DNA from: Camelus dromedarius
Lineage: Eukaryota
Reading direction: 5' to 3'
DNA: 64,000 bases
Assembly: GCF_036321535.1 (NCBI RefSeq)
Contig: NC_087472.1
Location: 91,700,001 to 91,764,000 of the forward strand
The notes under the pieces are model-generated. The model was not told where the DNA came from. It worked only from the letters and a program-made list of their open reading frames with translations, and ran no database searches. Shown piece after piece: positions 25,216-38,836 of the stretch (position 1 is its first letter; each line of letters begins with the position of its first letter). The position numbers and the translations under genes are program-made.

Positions 25216-25481
25216 GATATAGAAGACTTACATTTAGAACATATGATTTTCTTTTCAAAGAAAAAACATGTTTTTAAAATCCTGGTGTTAGTAAGATATC
25301 AAGTGCCAAAGAGGAGGAGAGCTAAATGTTAAGACCTTGCTCTGCTTGGAGATTCTCTTGTAGCACACTATTGCCTATTCAGACTAATCTGTTTCTACAT
25401 GTACCCTAAAATAGAAAACTTTCAGTGTACAAGTCGGACTGGTGGGCCAGGCCATCCTTTAGATTAAAAGACTCCAGGGTG

Positions 25482-26871
25482 GAGAAAAGACAGTCTCTTC
25501 AGCACATGGTGTTGGGAAAACGGGACAGCAGCATGTAAATCAATGAAGCTAGAACACTCCCTCACTCCATACACAAAAATAAACTCAAAATGGCTTAAAG
25601 ACTTAAATATAAGATAAGACATGATAAACTTCCTAGAAGAAAACATAGGCAAAACATTCTCTGACATAAATCTCAGCAATGTTCTCCTAGGGCAGTCTAC
25701 CCAGAAATAAAAGCAAAAATAAGCAAATGACACCTAATTAAACTTATAAGCTTTTACACAGCAAAAGACACCATAAGTGAAACACAACCACCACCTATGG
25801 AATGGGAGAAAATATTTGCTAGTGATGCGACTGACAAAGGTTTAATTTCCAGAATATAGAAACAGCTCATACAACTTAATAACAAAAAAACAAACAACCC
25901 AATCCAAAAATGGGCAGAAGACCTAAACAAGCAATTCTCCAATGAAGACATACAAATGGCCAATAGGCACATGAAACAATGCTCATATCAGTATGAGAGA
26001 AATACAAATCATAACTACAATGAAGTATCACCTCACACCAGTCAGAATGGCCATCATGGAAAAGTCCACAAACAATAAATGCTGGAGAGGGTATGGAGAA
26101 AATGGAACCTTCCTACACGGCTGGTAGGAATGCAGGTTGGTGCAGCCATTGTGGAAAACAGTATGGAGATTCCTCAAAAAACTAAAAATAGACTTACCCT
26201 ATGATCCAGCAATCCCACTCCTGGGCATGTATCTGGAGGGAGCTCTGATTCGAAAAGATACATGCACCCCAATGTTCATAGCAGCACTATATACAATAGC
26301 TAAGACATGGAAACAATCTAAATGTCCAAGGACAGATGACTGGATAAAGAAGCTGTGGTACATTTATACAATGGAATACTACTCAGCCATAAAAAAGACT
26401 AAGATAATGACATTTGCAGCAACATGGATGGACCAGGAGGTCATCATTCTAAGTGAAGTAAGCCAGAAAGAGAAAGAAAAATACCATAGGATATTACTCA
26501 TATGTGGAATCTAAAAAAAAGAGAAAAAGAGGACACTAATAAACTCATCTACAAAACAGAAACAGACTTGCATACATAGTAAACATGTTATGGTTACTGA
26601 GGGAAAGGGAGTGGGAAGAGATAAATTTGGGAGTTTGAGATTTGCAAATGTTAATCACTATATATAAAAACAGATTAAAAACAAATTTCTTCTGTATAGC
26701 ACAGGGAACTATATTCAATATCTTGTAATAACCTTTAGTGAAAAAATATGAAAATGAATATATGTATATATATACATGACTGGGACATTATGCTGTACAC
26801 CAGAAATTGACACACTGTAACTGACTATACTTCAATTAAAAAATTAAACCTCAAAAAAATGTGTAAAAAAA
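25482..26871 (+). mobile_element. 5'-truncated young lineage-specific L1 (ORF2 C-terminus, 3'UTR, polyA)
   Basis: ORF2 remnant [29 protein letters not shown]...[14 protein letters not shown]. Exact 16-bp TSD AAAAGACTCCAGGGTG at 25466-25481 and 26872-26887, at a TT|AAAA endonuclease site. Confidence 0.95.
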
Positions 26872-27164
26872 AAAAGACTCCAGGGTGTAATGAGAAGAAG
26901 CTATTAGAGATGGCTATTTCTACATCAGAATATTTCTCAGAACCAATGTTTTGTGAGAGAACAGACATCTATATGCTGCTGTGAGTGGTGGTTCCTTTAA
27001 CAGTGAAGCTGTGATGCTTCCACAAATGACTTTAATAAATGACTTGTTTTGGACTTGCCTGTCTGCAGTGATTTTAATGAGTTATCTACCATACGAGGTA
27101 ATTAAGATGTGGTTCTTGTATGTACTGTTATATGAACTTGGCCCATATGTGAGAGGAAAGACTT

Positions 27165-27390
27165 AAGAGTATGGGCTCTGAAGTCAGAGCAACTGGGTTT
27201 AAATCCCAAGTCAGTCACAAACTGTGTAATAGATGGTAATTTTATCCCTGAACCTCAGTTTCCTCATCTATGAACAGAAGAGAAAGAAAACCTATTTTAT
27301 AGATCGTTGAGAGTATTTAAAGTAACAATGGATTATCTTTTACTATGGTGTCTCACACGTGGTTTGTGCTTGCTAAATGGTAATTATTAT
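27165..27390 (+). mobile_element. MIR SINE
   Basis: GGCTCTGAAGTCAGA..CTGGGTTTAAATCCCA..CTGAACCTCAGTTTCCTCATCTATGAA core. Confidence 0.75.
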
Positions 27391-27523
27391 TTTTCTTAAT
27401 ATGGTTATTATTACAATAAATTGATTTATTGTGAAAACCAAGCCCATAGAACCTAGTAAGACTAAAAAATGACAGCACCTTAACCCAACATGGGTTGCTG
27501 GACCAGAAGAGGGTCAATCACTA

Positions 27524-28036
27524 TGAAGGGCCTGAGACTTCACCCTACTTACAAGTTAACAGGGTGGCTTGCCGCAGTTTTGTGGATGTTGGCAGAAGGC
27601 AGGAGACTCCTGAATCAGACACAAAGGACTGATTTTTACCTTATTACTCACATCAGGGCAGGGAGCATGAGCATCATATTTGTGTCAGTTCCCTTTGCTT
27701 CCCCCCAAGTCTCCTGAGGGCAACGTAGAGCCTGTGAAGTGGAAACCCCTTTGTAGTGAGTTTGCAGCACAGGAGGAACCCTGCGCTTGGGAACTCCCAG
27801 TCTTCTAGAGGGGCTGATAGGAAACCTGCCCAAACTCTGACCAAAGGGTGGTGTTATCTTTATTCTCTTAAGAGCTAACAAATTTTCCCTCTTCCCCAGA
27901 GGGAGATACCACCTCTATTTTCCAAGATCAATGGCTACACAAATATCCTTGAAAAGAGTCCAGAACAAAAGCAGCCAATGCCTCTACTCAGAAGATGTAC
28001 AGGAACATGAGAGAAATATGAAGAATTATCCCCTAA
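27524..28036 (-). mobile_element. ERV solo LTR (subfamily uncertain)
   Basis: TGAAGGGCCTGAGACTTCACCCTACTTACAAGTTAACA...GAGACTCCTGAATCAGACACAAAGGACT resembles a recalled eutherian LTR consensus in reverse orientation. Confidence 0.55.
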
Positions 28037-29717
28037 AAAGACAAACACAGAGTGGGTTTGAGAAGGAGATAGGCGAAAAGAAGAGGATAAATAGAATGAT
28101 GTAGAATGAATTTTTCTTTGATAACCTTTTTAACTTTTTATTGACATATAATATACACACAGGAAAATGTATATATCATAATTATACAATTCAATCAACT
28201 TTCAAAAACTGAGCACAATCATGTAAACAGCACCCAGATCAACAAACAGCTGATTTTCAGCTCCAAGAAGACTCCCTTGCACTCTCTTCCAGTCACTAAC
28301 CATTTATCCGTTCTACTGCTGACAAGCACTTGGATAGGTCCTGACTTTGGATTAGTACAAATATCGCTGCTATGAGCACTGCAGTACATGTCTTTTGGTG
28401 AATATGTGTTTGCATTTCTGTTGAGCATATACCTACAAGGGAAAACTCTGGGCCTGAAAAAGAGTTTTGAAAGGGTTAAAATATGCTTATGCCCAGCTCT
28501 GCTTTAATAATTTCTCCTGGATCTTTATTAGTTGCCTCCAAAGAGTACATCAGCAGCGGCTTGAAACAACATGCCACTCCACAGCCATGATTAAAGTAGA
28601 AGAGTTTTTAGAAGCCAGTCTAAATTAGACATTCTCATCAGCCTACATATGAAGTTTTAATTAAAATACATTCACATTAAAACTCCATCACTTTAGTGCT
28701 GCTATTCACTTCTGCTGCAAAACAAGCAAGGAGGCAGAGATAGACTTGAGGCATTTGCAGCATGCATACCCAAAAGTAGAACAGACGAAACAGAAATGGA
28801 AGCTAATATGGAAAGAAAACGCCTATGACAGAAAGTCCCAGTCATGCTAGAAGAGAAGCTTAAGAAGAAATTGGTATGAATATATTCAATATATTTGGAA
28901 TACTCAATTGGCTATGTAAGCAAATAAAATGGTGTGAAAAGAATGAGTTTACTGGTTACATTCACTGAGCCAAGGGAAAATAGCAGGTAAAAGCATTAAT
29001 CCACAGAAGCAATTCCCTGAAAAGTAAGATTCTATCTCCCTGAATATACAAAAATCAGGAAGTCTAAGAGTTGTAGCCAAGTCCAGCACTGCAGAAAGAC
29101 ATGAAAGGCAAATGAGAAAGCCATAAAGGGTAGAAACCAGGCCAGGTCTCCAAGGACATCTTTAAAAAAAAAAAACACAAACCACACATAATATTTTATA
29201 GGACAAATGCAGGAAACTAGAATCTGAGGCAGAGAAGTCATGCCACTTGCAAAAGATACTGAAAAGTATACTGATAAGACTTCATTAAATATCCAGAGAA
29301 AATGGATCATACCGATGGACTTGACTGGGGAACCCAAGGAATTTATCTATTCAGCTATTTCTTTTTTAAGTTTCAATGTTTCCTCACTGCTTCACCACAT
29401 TTTGGTTTCTCTTTTGAAAAGATGTGGGAGGAAATTTTCAAAGAAAAATGGAAAAGGAATCATTTAAGCAGAATGAATTTCAATCACCAAAGCCAGTGAT
29501 GGGAAGGCCCTTCCCGGATGGAAGAGGCTCATTTTCAGCTTACAAACAGGCTGATAGGAAGGAGGACTGAGGCACCACACATGACCATTCTCTCTGCAGC
29601 ATCTGAATAATTACATTCTTAAGTATATTTGGTGGGAACTCTTAAAAAAACAAACTTTAACTTCTTTATTTGTATGTAATCTATATTTACTGAAAGTAAT
29701 CAAAGTTTCCTCTAAAG

Positions 29718-29868
29718 CAGTGGTTTTCCAAGTGTGATTCCCAGACCAGCAATGTGGGCATCACCTGGGAATTTGTTAGAAATGCCAATTACCGGTTGAG
29801 GCCCAACCATCAGAGTTCTAATAAGACATCCAAGTGATTCTGACTCATACTAAAGTTGAGAATCACTA
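29718..29868. mobile_element. hAT-Charlie MITE MER5A
   Basis: CAGTGGTTTTCCAA ... TTGAGAATCACTA terminal inverted repeats and GCATCACCTGGGAATTTGTTAGAAATGC. Exact 8-bp TSD CTCTAAAG (29710-29717, 29869-29876). Confidence 0.9.
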
Positions 29869-30714
29869 CTCTAAAGCATTCAAAGAATTCAGAAGAATGA
29901 GTAAAATCGAAAATGTCCATTCACCAATACCCATTTCTCTGGAGGTAACCTTGTTATCTGATTTGGAGTATGACCCAATAAAGCATTTTTTAGGCTTTAC
30001 AAATATCCACATTCAAAACAGGTTGAGATATAAATACATTACTAATACATACATTAGATCTTTTTGTTTTTTTGCTCTTGGTATCTGGTTCTGCTAGATA
30101 CATTGTCTCATAAAAGGTAAGACACTTTAAGAAAAGACTCAGTCTTGTTCTTTAAATTTCAGAAGCCTAATTCTAGCACAAGTTAAAGATGATAACTCAG
30201 AGCAAACTTTCTCTGATGCAAGTATAGATGAGACTTTCTAGGCTGAGAGCAGAGGAGAGCCAAGAGGGGAAGTGGTGAGAACTTCTAGCCTAGTGAGTCC
30301 TGAGAAGGGGTCCTGTGCCCTCATCTCCCACCCCAGCACCCTGACTCAGCGGGATAGTGTGTAGAAGCCCCTGGGGGGTGGTTTTGGGGTGGTGGGGAGC
30401 TGAAAGATAGGGGGCTTCCAAGAACAAAAGAGCTACCTCTATTTTCTGTCCGGCCATTGGACTTGCTACAGTCTCAGGATTCCCCGTGCCTGTGGTGTGG
30501 TTGTGACAGAAGGGCCCATGTTCCTGAGTAAAGTACAGAAGCTGATTTCCCCAGACCTTAAAGTGGCGTAGGATCTCAGAATGTTCCCCATGTGTATGAC
30601 AGTGACACAGACACGGCACAGAGAGAGAGTAGATGCAAAGAGACAGCACTGTCAGGAATGAGGCAGGATGCACAGACCTAAGTCCCCTGAACCATATAAA
30701 TAAGCCCAGGGAAA

Positions 30715-31462
30715 GTGTGGTGATTTATTGTGCTAAGAACACTTAACATGAAATCTACCCTCTTAACAATATGATCCAGTAATCCTAATTCTGGGTATGT
30801 AAAGAAAAGAATTGAAATCAGGATCTCAAAGAAATATTAGCACTCCCGTGTTCAATGCAACACAACTAACAATAGTCAAGATGTAGGAACACCCTAAAGT
30901 CCACCAACAGATCAATGGATAAAGAAAATGTAATAAGTATAACGAATATAGACAATAATATTGTACTATAATTATGCAATGTGATAAATATCACTACAAT
31001 AGCAATCATCTTATGATATGTAAACATATCAAAGTAACATGTCGCACACCTTCCATTTATACAATGTTATATGTCAAATATATTTAATAAAAAAGAAGTC
31101 AATTCATTTAAAAATTAGAGAAATATTTTTGTGAGAAACTGAAACAAATTATTACATTATGATCATTATTGTGATTATTAAGGAATGGAGAACTTTGGGA
31201 TATTAGATTGGAAGACCTGGAAAAAAAAGAAAATGTGATACATACATGCAATAGAATATTACTCAGCCTTAGAAATAAGGGAATTCTGCCATGTATGACA
31301 ATATGGATGGTTCCTGAGGACATTATGCTAAGTGAAATAAGCCAGTCACAGAAAGATAAATACTACATGATTCCATTTATATGAGGTATTTAAAATAGTC
31401 AAATTCATAGACTCAGAGAGTGAAGTAGTGGTTGCCAGGGGTTGGAGGAGGGGGAAATGGAA
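30715..31462 (+). mobile_element. L1MA/MB fragment with a short inverted 3' tip and a nested insertion (30936-31225)
   Basis: ATATGATCCAGTAATCC..CTGGGTAT and GAGGACATTATGCTAAGTGAAATAAGCCAGTCACAGAAAGATAAATAC on +. TAAGAACACTTAACATGAAATCTACCCTCTTAACA (30733-30767) is an L1 3' end on -. Confidence 0.7.
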
Positions 31463-31831
31463 ACAGAAGAACATTTTAAATCTGGTAAGATAAATTTCCC
31501 CCTCATTCCTTTATTTTCCAAATTATCTTTTGGCTACTATGCTGTCAACTATTCAAAGAAATATAAAATTCAATGTATTATATGCTATTAAATATCTCAT
31601 TAAGATTTTTGTTTGGTATTGAATCCATGGATTAATTTGATATATTTCTGTGGTATGTTTGAAAATTCATTTCTTAATTGAGATGAAATTTACATAGAAC
31701 ATCATACTAGTTTCAGGTATACAATATAAAGGTATGATATGTGTAACATCCAACATCACACATAGTTAAAATTTTCTTCTGATGAGAATTTTAAGATCTA
31801 CTTTCTTAGCAACTTTAAAATATGTAATACA

Positions 31832-33070
31832 CACAATAAACCTCCTAGAAGAAAACATAGGCAAAACATTATCTGACATACATCTCAAAAATGTTCTCCT
31901 AGGGCAGTCTACCCAAGCAACAGAAAAGCAAGAATAAACAAATGGGACCTAATTAAACTTACAAGCTTCTGCACAGCAGAGGAAACCATAAGTAAAACAA
32001 AATGACAACCTATGGAATGGGAGAAAAATTTTTGCAAACAATGAAACCGACAAAGGCTTGATCTCCAGAATATATAAGCAGCTCATATGACATAATAAGA
32101 ACAAAACAAACAACCCAATCCAAGAATGGGCAGAAGACCTAAATAAGCAATTCTCCAAGGAAGACTTACAAATGATCAATAGGCACATGAAAAAATGCTC
32201 AACATCACTAATTATCAGAGAAATGCAAATCAAAACTACAGTGAGGTATCACCTCACACCAGCCAGAATGGCCATCATTCAAAAGCCCACAAATGACAAA
32301 TGCTGGAGAGCCTGTGGAGAAAAGGGAACCCTCCTACACTGCTGGTGGGAATGCAGGTTGGTGCAGCCACTGTGGAAAACAGTATGGAGATTCCTCAAAA
32401 GACTAGGAACAGACTTACCAAATGACCCAGGAATTCCACTCCTGGGCATATATCCAGAAGGAACTCTACTTCAGGATGACACCTGCACCCCAATGTTCAT
32501 AGCAGCACTATTTACAATAGCCAAGACATGGAAACAACCTAAATGTCCATCAACAGATGACTGGATAAAGAAGAGGTGGTATATTTATACAATGGAATAC
32601 TATTCAGCCATAAAAATGACAACACAATGCCATTTGCAGCAACATGGATGTCCCAGGGGAATGTCATTCTAAGTGAAGTAAGCCAGAAAGGGGAAGAAAA
32701 ATACCATATGAGATTGCTCATATGTAAAATCTAAAAAAAAAAAAAAGAACATAAATACAAAACAGAAACAGATTCATAGACATAGAATACAAACTTGTGG
32801 TTGCCAAGGGGGCGTGGGGAGGGAAGGGACAGATGGGGATTTCAAAATCCATAGATACTAACAGGCATATGCAGAATAGATAAACAAGATTATACTGTAT
32901 AGCACAGGGAAATATATACAAGATCTTGTGGTAGCTGACAGCAAAAAAGAATGTGACAATGAATATATGTATGTTCATGCATAACTGAAAAATTGTGCTC
33001 TACACTGGAAATTGACACAGCATTGTAAACTGACTATAAAGCAATAAAAAATGTTAAAAAAAATAAAGTT
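31832..33070 (+). mobile_element. 5'-truncated young L1 nested in an older minus-strand L1 3' end (about 31670-33235)
   Basis: 166-aa ORF2 C-terminal remnant (32172-32672, [19 protein letters not shown]ys-rich motif). Exact 14-bp TSD AAATATGTAATACA at 31818-31831 and 33071-33084. Confidence 0.93.
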
Positions 33071-33239
33071 AAATATGTAATACAGTGTTACTAACTAAAC
33101 TTACCATGCTGTACATTACATCCTTAGTACTTACTTATTTTATAACCAGAAGTTTGTAACTTTTGATAGCCTTCATCCATTTCCCCCACCCTTCACCCCA
33201 CGACTCTGGCAACCAGCAATCAGTTCTCTGTACAACTTG

Positions 33240-34400
33240 ATATATTTTTAATATTCATTCTTAAATCCATCATCATAGTATGACTCTTATTTAGATTTTC
33301 TTTTATAGCCTTCAGTATTTTTTTCTGAAAATAGATCTTGCCCACTTCTTTTTAATCTTACTCACAGGAGATTTTTGAAAATAGTTTTTGTTGCTATTGT
33401 GAGTGGGTTATTCTTTTCACAGCAATTTTTCTGTTGTTTACTCAAGAAATGTTTATTGACAGGTGGTATGGGTCGATTGCATTTGAAAGTGGTTATTTCT
33501 GATGCATAGCACCACTTTAAGGACTTCAGTATTTTTACTGTATATCTGGCCACCTTTATGGGTCTCCTAATTAGTTTTACAGTTTTGTGGCTGGTTTTCT
33601 TGGATTCATATTGTCTGTAAATTATCATAATTTTTTCTTTTCCTTGCTAGTATTTTTAGCTCTTCTTACATTTTAATGTCCTATTACATTGGCTAGGCTT
33701 TCCAGAAGTGTTGTGGGGATAATGAGCACTCTTGTCTTTTTCCTACCGATAATGAGAATGCTGTTCAAGTTTCCCTGTTAACTATGATGTTTACTATATG
33801 TTTCTGGTAGGTACTCGTCTCAAGTTCAGGAATTTATATTCTTAGAATTATTAAGAGTTCTTATTTGGAGAAGTTCTTGAATTTTGTCAAAATAATTTAG
33901 CATCTAATAGAAGTAATATGATTTTCTCTCTATTCTGTTAATGTGATTAATTATATTAATATAATTCTTAATGTGAATTATCCTTGCATTTCTGGAATGA
34001 ATCCTTGAATCGAATATTCTTTCACTGCAGTATTTTTTTTGGTAAAGTTTTATTTAAGACTTCTGCGTTTATTTATGTAATGAGATTGGCTTATAAGGAT
34101 TTATAAGATTTGAAAATCAGGGTTATGCTAGCCTAGTAGAATATATTGGCAAGCTTTTCATCATTTTTTATGCTCTAAAAACTTTAAGTAGAAAAGATAT
34201 TTTTCTGTTCTTGATAAGACTGAACTGACCCATGAAACTAATTGGGCCTGTTACCTTTAAGATTGTGGAGGTTTTTACTACTTTCTTAATATTTTATAGG
34301 TATTTACCCCTTCAGTCTATCTTTGTCTTCTTCAGTCCGGTTTGGTCATTTACATTTTGCTACGGAATCTTCCATTTTATCTGAAAGGAGCAGGAAGCTT
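33240..34400 (-). mobile_element. Highly degenerate old L1 ORF2 region
   Basis: T-rich reverse L1 motifs such as TTGTTGCTATTGTGAGTGG, CTCTTGTCTTTTTCCT..GAGAATGCT and ATCAGGGTTATGCTAGCCT. Confidence 0.65.
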
Positions 34401-34741
34401 GCTGAAGATCCTCGTGATTTTCAGTGTAATAAAGAATTTTCTTGGGCCTAAAAAACTTTTGAGTGGTTCATTCCTTGAGGGAACTTACTTGCAGTTTTTT
34501 TTCCCCTCCTCATTTTCCTTGGTTAGTTTTTGAAGTCCAGAAGTATGCAGGTACTGCTCTACATCTTTTTCCAGCCACAACACACTCTGTAGCAATCCTC
34601 TCTTCAGTTCTTTGGGATTGCAATTACTTTTCTTTTTCCTCTTTCAGCCACTGTCATCTGGTCTCTATATTCCAGAAATTCCTTCACATTTTGGACCACT
34701 TTTGTCATTCTTTTGTTTTTTTCTTTTTCAGTACTTGATAC

Positions 34742-34898
34742 CAGTGCTTCTGACACTTTAAGGTATATGCAATCACCTGAGGATCTTGTTAAAATGCAGA
34801 TTCCTGTTCAGAGGAGCTGGGATGGACCTGAGATTCTGCATTTCTAACAACTCCCAGGTGTTGCTGCTGGTCCTTGGACCACACTTTGGGTAGTTATG
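34742..34898. mobile_element. hAT-Charlie MITE (MER5A-like)
   Basis: AATCACCTGAGGATCTTGTTAAAATGCAGATTC...CCTGAGATTCTGCATTTCTAACAACTCCCAGGTG...GGACCACACTTTG. Confidence 0.85.
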
Positions 34899-35439
34899 CT
34901 ATAGACCATGCTGACTGAGATAACTGACAGAAGCCTTGAAGATCACGCGGTACAACTTTCTCAAGCGTTAAACAGATTCATAGGGGTTAGTAGTAGTTAA
35001 TCCAGGTCCTACTTAACATACCACACTGCTTTCTCCCACGCTGCCTTTAGGTCTTCACAGCTAAAGTCAGTGAAATGAGAGTACACCCCATTCAGATGTA
35101 ATGTCTTTTTAGCTCAACCATACACTATATATCTCAACAACAGGAGCAGTTTTATTACAGCCAGTATCTCCAAAGACAACAGTAAATATGGTCTTCATGC
35201 TCCTATCTTGGCAAAGTTGAGAGGTCAGCCACTGCGGAAGAAAGCAATCTAGCTGGGGCTAAAAAGACCAGACTATTACCATCCTCCCATCTCCATTACC
35301 CCTCTCATGCTAAATCATGCTCCCCGACCCATCACCAATCTCTCAATTTTGTTTCTGTACTACATTACAGTAACTTCACTACCATATACCTACACATGCT
35401 GCAGTGCCTAGTAAACAGTAGGGAATAAGTATGTATTTG

Positions 35440-36015
35440 TTGAAAATATAAGGGTAAGTTTAGAAACTGAATTTTCCCTATTGCCAAAAGGGAAAGAGAC
35501 CTCTTTTCTCTCCCCCTTAGAGCATTTCTGTGAGAAATCTAATGTTTGTGAACCCTTCCTCTAACACTTTGATATGTATGCAAATCTTTGCAAGGGCTAG
35601 GTAAACCCTCTGTCAGCTTTACAACTAAGTAATGTTTTTCTTAAAGGTCTAAGAACCATCTCTTTGAAATGTAAACCTTAAGGAAGATAGTGTCCCTATT
35701 TTTCTGTTACCTTGGGACTCTACCCTAGGTGCCTTTCTCAGAACCATTTGCTTCTCACAGAGATAAGACAAATTTCAGTATTCCTTTGGATAAAAGCAAT
35801 TAGCAAAAAATGGCTGCCTCAATTACCAGGTGAACTTCAGATGAACTATGAAAGAATGCATAGCAAAGGGTGCTGTCAAGTCCTCTTATAAGAAGACAAG
35901 TTACCATTAATGTAGTGAATATGTAGCTAATGGATTTTAACTGTCTAAAAAGAATGGGATTTCTTTCTGTCTTTCTATTCTTATCTGATTTCCTATAAAG
36001 AAGCACATTGTAATC
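35440..36015 (+). mobile_element. ERV1 LTR (MER34-like), partial
   Basis: CCATCTCTTTGAAATGTAAAC..AAGGAAGATAGTGTCCCTAT and CCCCCTTAGAGCATTT blocks resembling the recalled MER34 family. Confidence 0.55.
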
Positions 36016-36221
36016 TGACTTAATGCTTTTTCAAAAAATAAATCTGTTTTCTTTCTTTTCTACATTTTGTGGAGAGGATTTTGGGGATTGACAGGATTTT
36101 AAAATGTCCCCAGTAAAGGATAAAAAGGAAGAAAAGGAAGGAGGGACAACAGAAATAAACCAGAATAGGACACGAGCAAAGGAAAGGAGGAAAGAGAAGG
36201 AAAGAAGATGAAGGGGACATC

Positions 36222-37470
36222 CACACACAAAAAACAAATTCAGACACAGACTTTATCCCCTTTACAAAAATAAAATCAAAATGGATCAAAAACCTAAATG
36301 TAAAATGCAAAACTATAAAACTCTCAGAAGATAATATAGGAGAAAATCTAGGTGACCTTAGATATGGTGATTATTTTTTAGATACAACATCAAAGGCATG
36401 ATCCAGGAAAGAAAGAATTCATCAGATGGATTTCATTAAAATTAAAAAACCTCTGCTCTGTGAAAGACAATGTCAAGAGAATGAGAAGACAAGGCACAAA
36501 ATGGAATATTTATAAAAGACACATCTGAAAGAGGACTGTTATCCAAAATCATACAAAGTACTCTTAAAACTCAACAATAAAAAAGTGAACAACCCAAATT
36601 TAAAAATGGGCAAAAGACCTGAATAGGTACCTCACCAAAAGAGATGTACAGATGGCAAGTAACCATATGAGATGTTCAAGATAATATGTCATTAGGGAAC
36701 TGCCAAATTAGAATGAGACATTATTACACATCTACCAGAATGGCCAAAATCCAGAACACTGACAACACCAAATGCTACTGAGAAAGTAAACCAACAGGAA
36801 CTCATACATTGACAGTAGGAATGCAAGATTGTACAGCAACTTTGGAAAACAGTTTGGCAGATTCTTACAAAAGTAAACATACTTTTACCATACAATCCAG
36901 CAGTCATGCTCCATGGTATCCACCCAGATGAATTGAAAACATGTCCATACAAAAACCTGCACTTGATTGTTTATGGAATCTTTATTCATAGTTGCTAAAA
37001 CTTGGAAGAAAACAATATGCCCTTCAGCACATGAATGAATACATAAATTATGGTACACCTAGACAATGGAATATTATTCAGACATACAAGAAATGAGTTC
37101 TCAAGCCATATAAAGACATTGCAGAACCTTAAACGCTATTAACAAGTAGAAGAAGGCTATCTGACAAGACTACATATATATGATTCCAACTATGACATTC
37201 TAGAAATGGCAAAACTATGGGGACAACAAAAAGATTAGTGGTTATCTGGGATTAGGAGGGAGAGAGGTATAAGTAGGCAGAACAAAGAGGATTTTTAGGA
37301 AAGGGAAACTATTCTGTATGATACTATAATGGCGGATGCATGTCATTACACATTTGTCAATAACCACAGAATGTACAACACCAAGAATGAATCCTAATGT
37401 AAACTATGGACTTCGGGTGATTACAATCTGTTGGTGCAGGTTCATATATTGTATAACTACCTTAACGTGG
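36222..37470 (+). mobile_element. L1MB/L1MC-type ORF2 end and 3'UTR
   Basis: AAAACTATAAAACTCTCAGAAGATAATATAGGAGAAAATCT and CACAGAATGTACAACACCAAGAATGAATCCTAATGTAAACTATGGACTT. Confidence 0.88.
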
Positions 37471-37622
37471 ATTGTAACCACCTTAACTTACTGCATATAT
37501 AATAATATAAATAATACTAAATATATTCATATGTATTAATTATTAATAACATAAAATACCTATTACATAATATATGCAATGATACAATTATATCATATAT
37601 AATTATATAATTGTATATACTA

Positions 37623-37655
<33 letters not shown>
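37623..37655. repeat. (AAT)11 microsatellite at the end of an AT-rich low-complexity tract
   Basis: Directly visible tandem AAT. Confidence 0.9.
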
Positions 37656-38836
37656 TTTTTGTGCTTTCCTTTTTCTCTTTTCCTGACACCAAATAGGAAT
37701 ATAATGGCCTGATGAACTATATATAAATGTTTACCTTGATTTCTTTATTAAGGCATAGATATGCATGTATGTTTCATATGTATTGCCTGATTTTCAGCAA
37801 AATGCTTTAAAAAGAAATGGATTATGAGCTGAAGTAACCCTTTATGTCAGAGAATATTGTGATGCTTGGAATACAAGATCCACAAAGAATTCTGTGATTT
37901 GAGGAATTTGAGAGCTAATTAAAAAGAATACCCATAATCTCCTATATTTTTTCTAGTAGTCAATTATTTAGTAGTAAATATCAGTATAATAATGGGTGGG
38001 TGATACCATCTTTTTCAATACCTGACAAATAACTTGTCTCAATGGTTGGCATAATTTTGTAGTGTTTAATAATTCTCATCTGTGCATACTTGTCTCTGGG
38101 TGCTGCTTAATTACTGGAGAGTTTCTGTTGAGGATTTTTAGCCCTCTTTGAGTCGACAGTTGTTAGAGAATTTTGGTTTTCACATTAGTTTGGACTATGA
38201 TTTTTTTCTGAACACAGTGCACAACTAAATCTTGAATTCCTAGTCAAAGTCAACAATACAGCACCCACTAGTTCAACTCTTTCACCTACCATATTTCCTC
38301 GATGTAAATTAGCATTCACAAAACTGAATAGATGAGGACTGAACTCTTGCAGATAGCTTGGGGGGGGGGGAATGATGACATGCAACAATCTGTGAAATAG
38401 TCCTGTATTTTTAACAACACTTTTGGCTGTACATGAAGCCCTTCATGACTTGCTTTCCTTCACCCCCTGGCAGCAATCTCCTTATAACCTTTTTCCTTTG
38501 GTCAGAAAAGGGAGGTGAGTGCCAACATGGTTAGTATGCCAGTGTCAGTCAAGACTCTGCTGCCCAATGGCTTCTTCATTTGAATTAATGAAAACATGGT
38601 CAGCTGTATCAAAGGTGTTCTCACTACAGGGAGGCCAAAGCCCATGGCAGGAAGAAAATGGCCCAATTCCACTTTTAAGGATGTGTCACTGAAGAGCAAC
38701 TTTCCTTAAGATATGGACAGGGTTTGCTTTCTCACGCCTCTTAGGTTCTTTGGGCGAGGGGGTGTGTGGTGTCTTTTCTGATCACTTTATTATAAAATAA
38801 TACTCTCCATAGATGGGTGAGATGCCCTTGAGCTAT

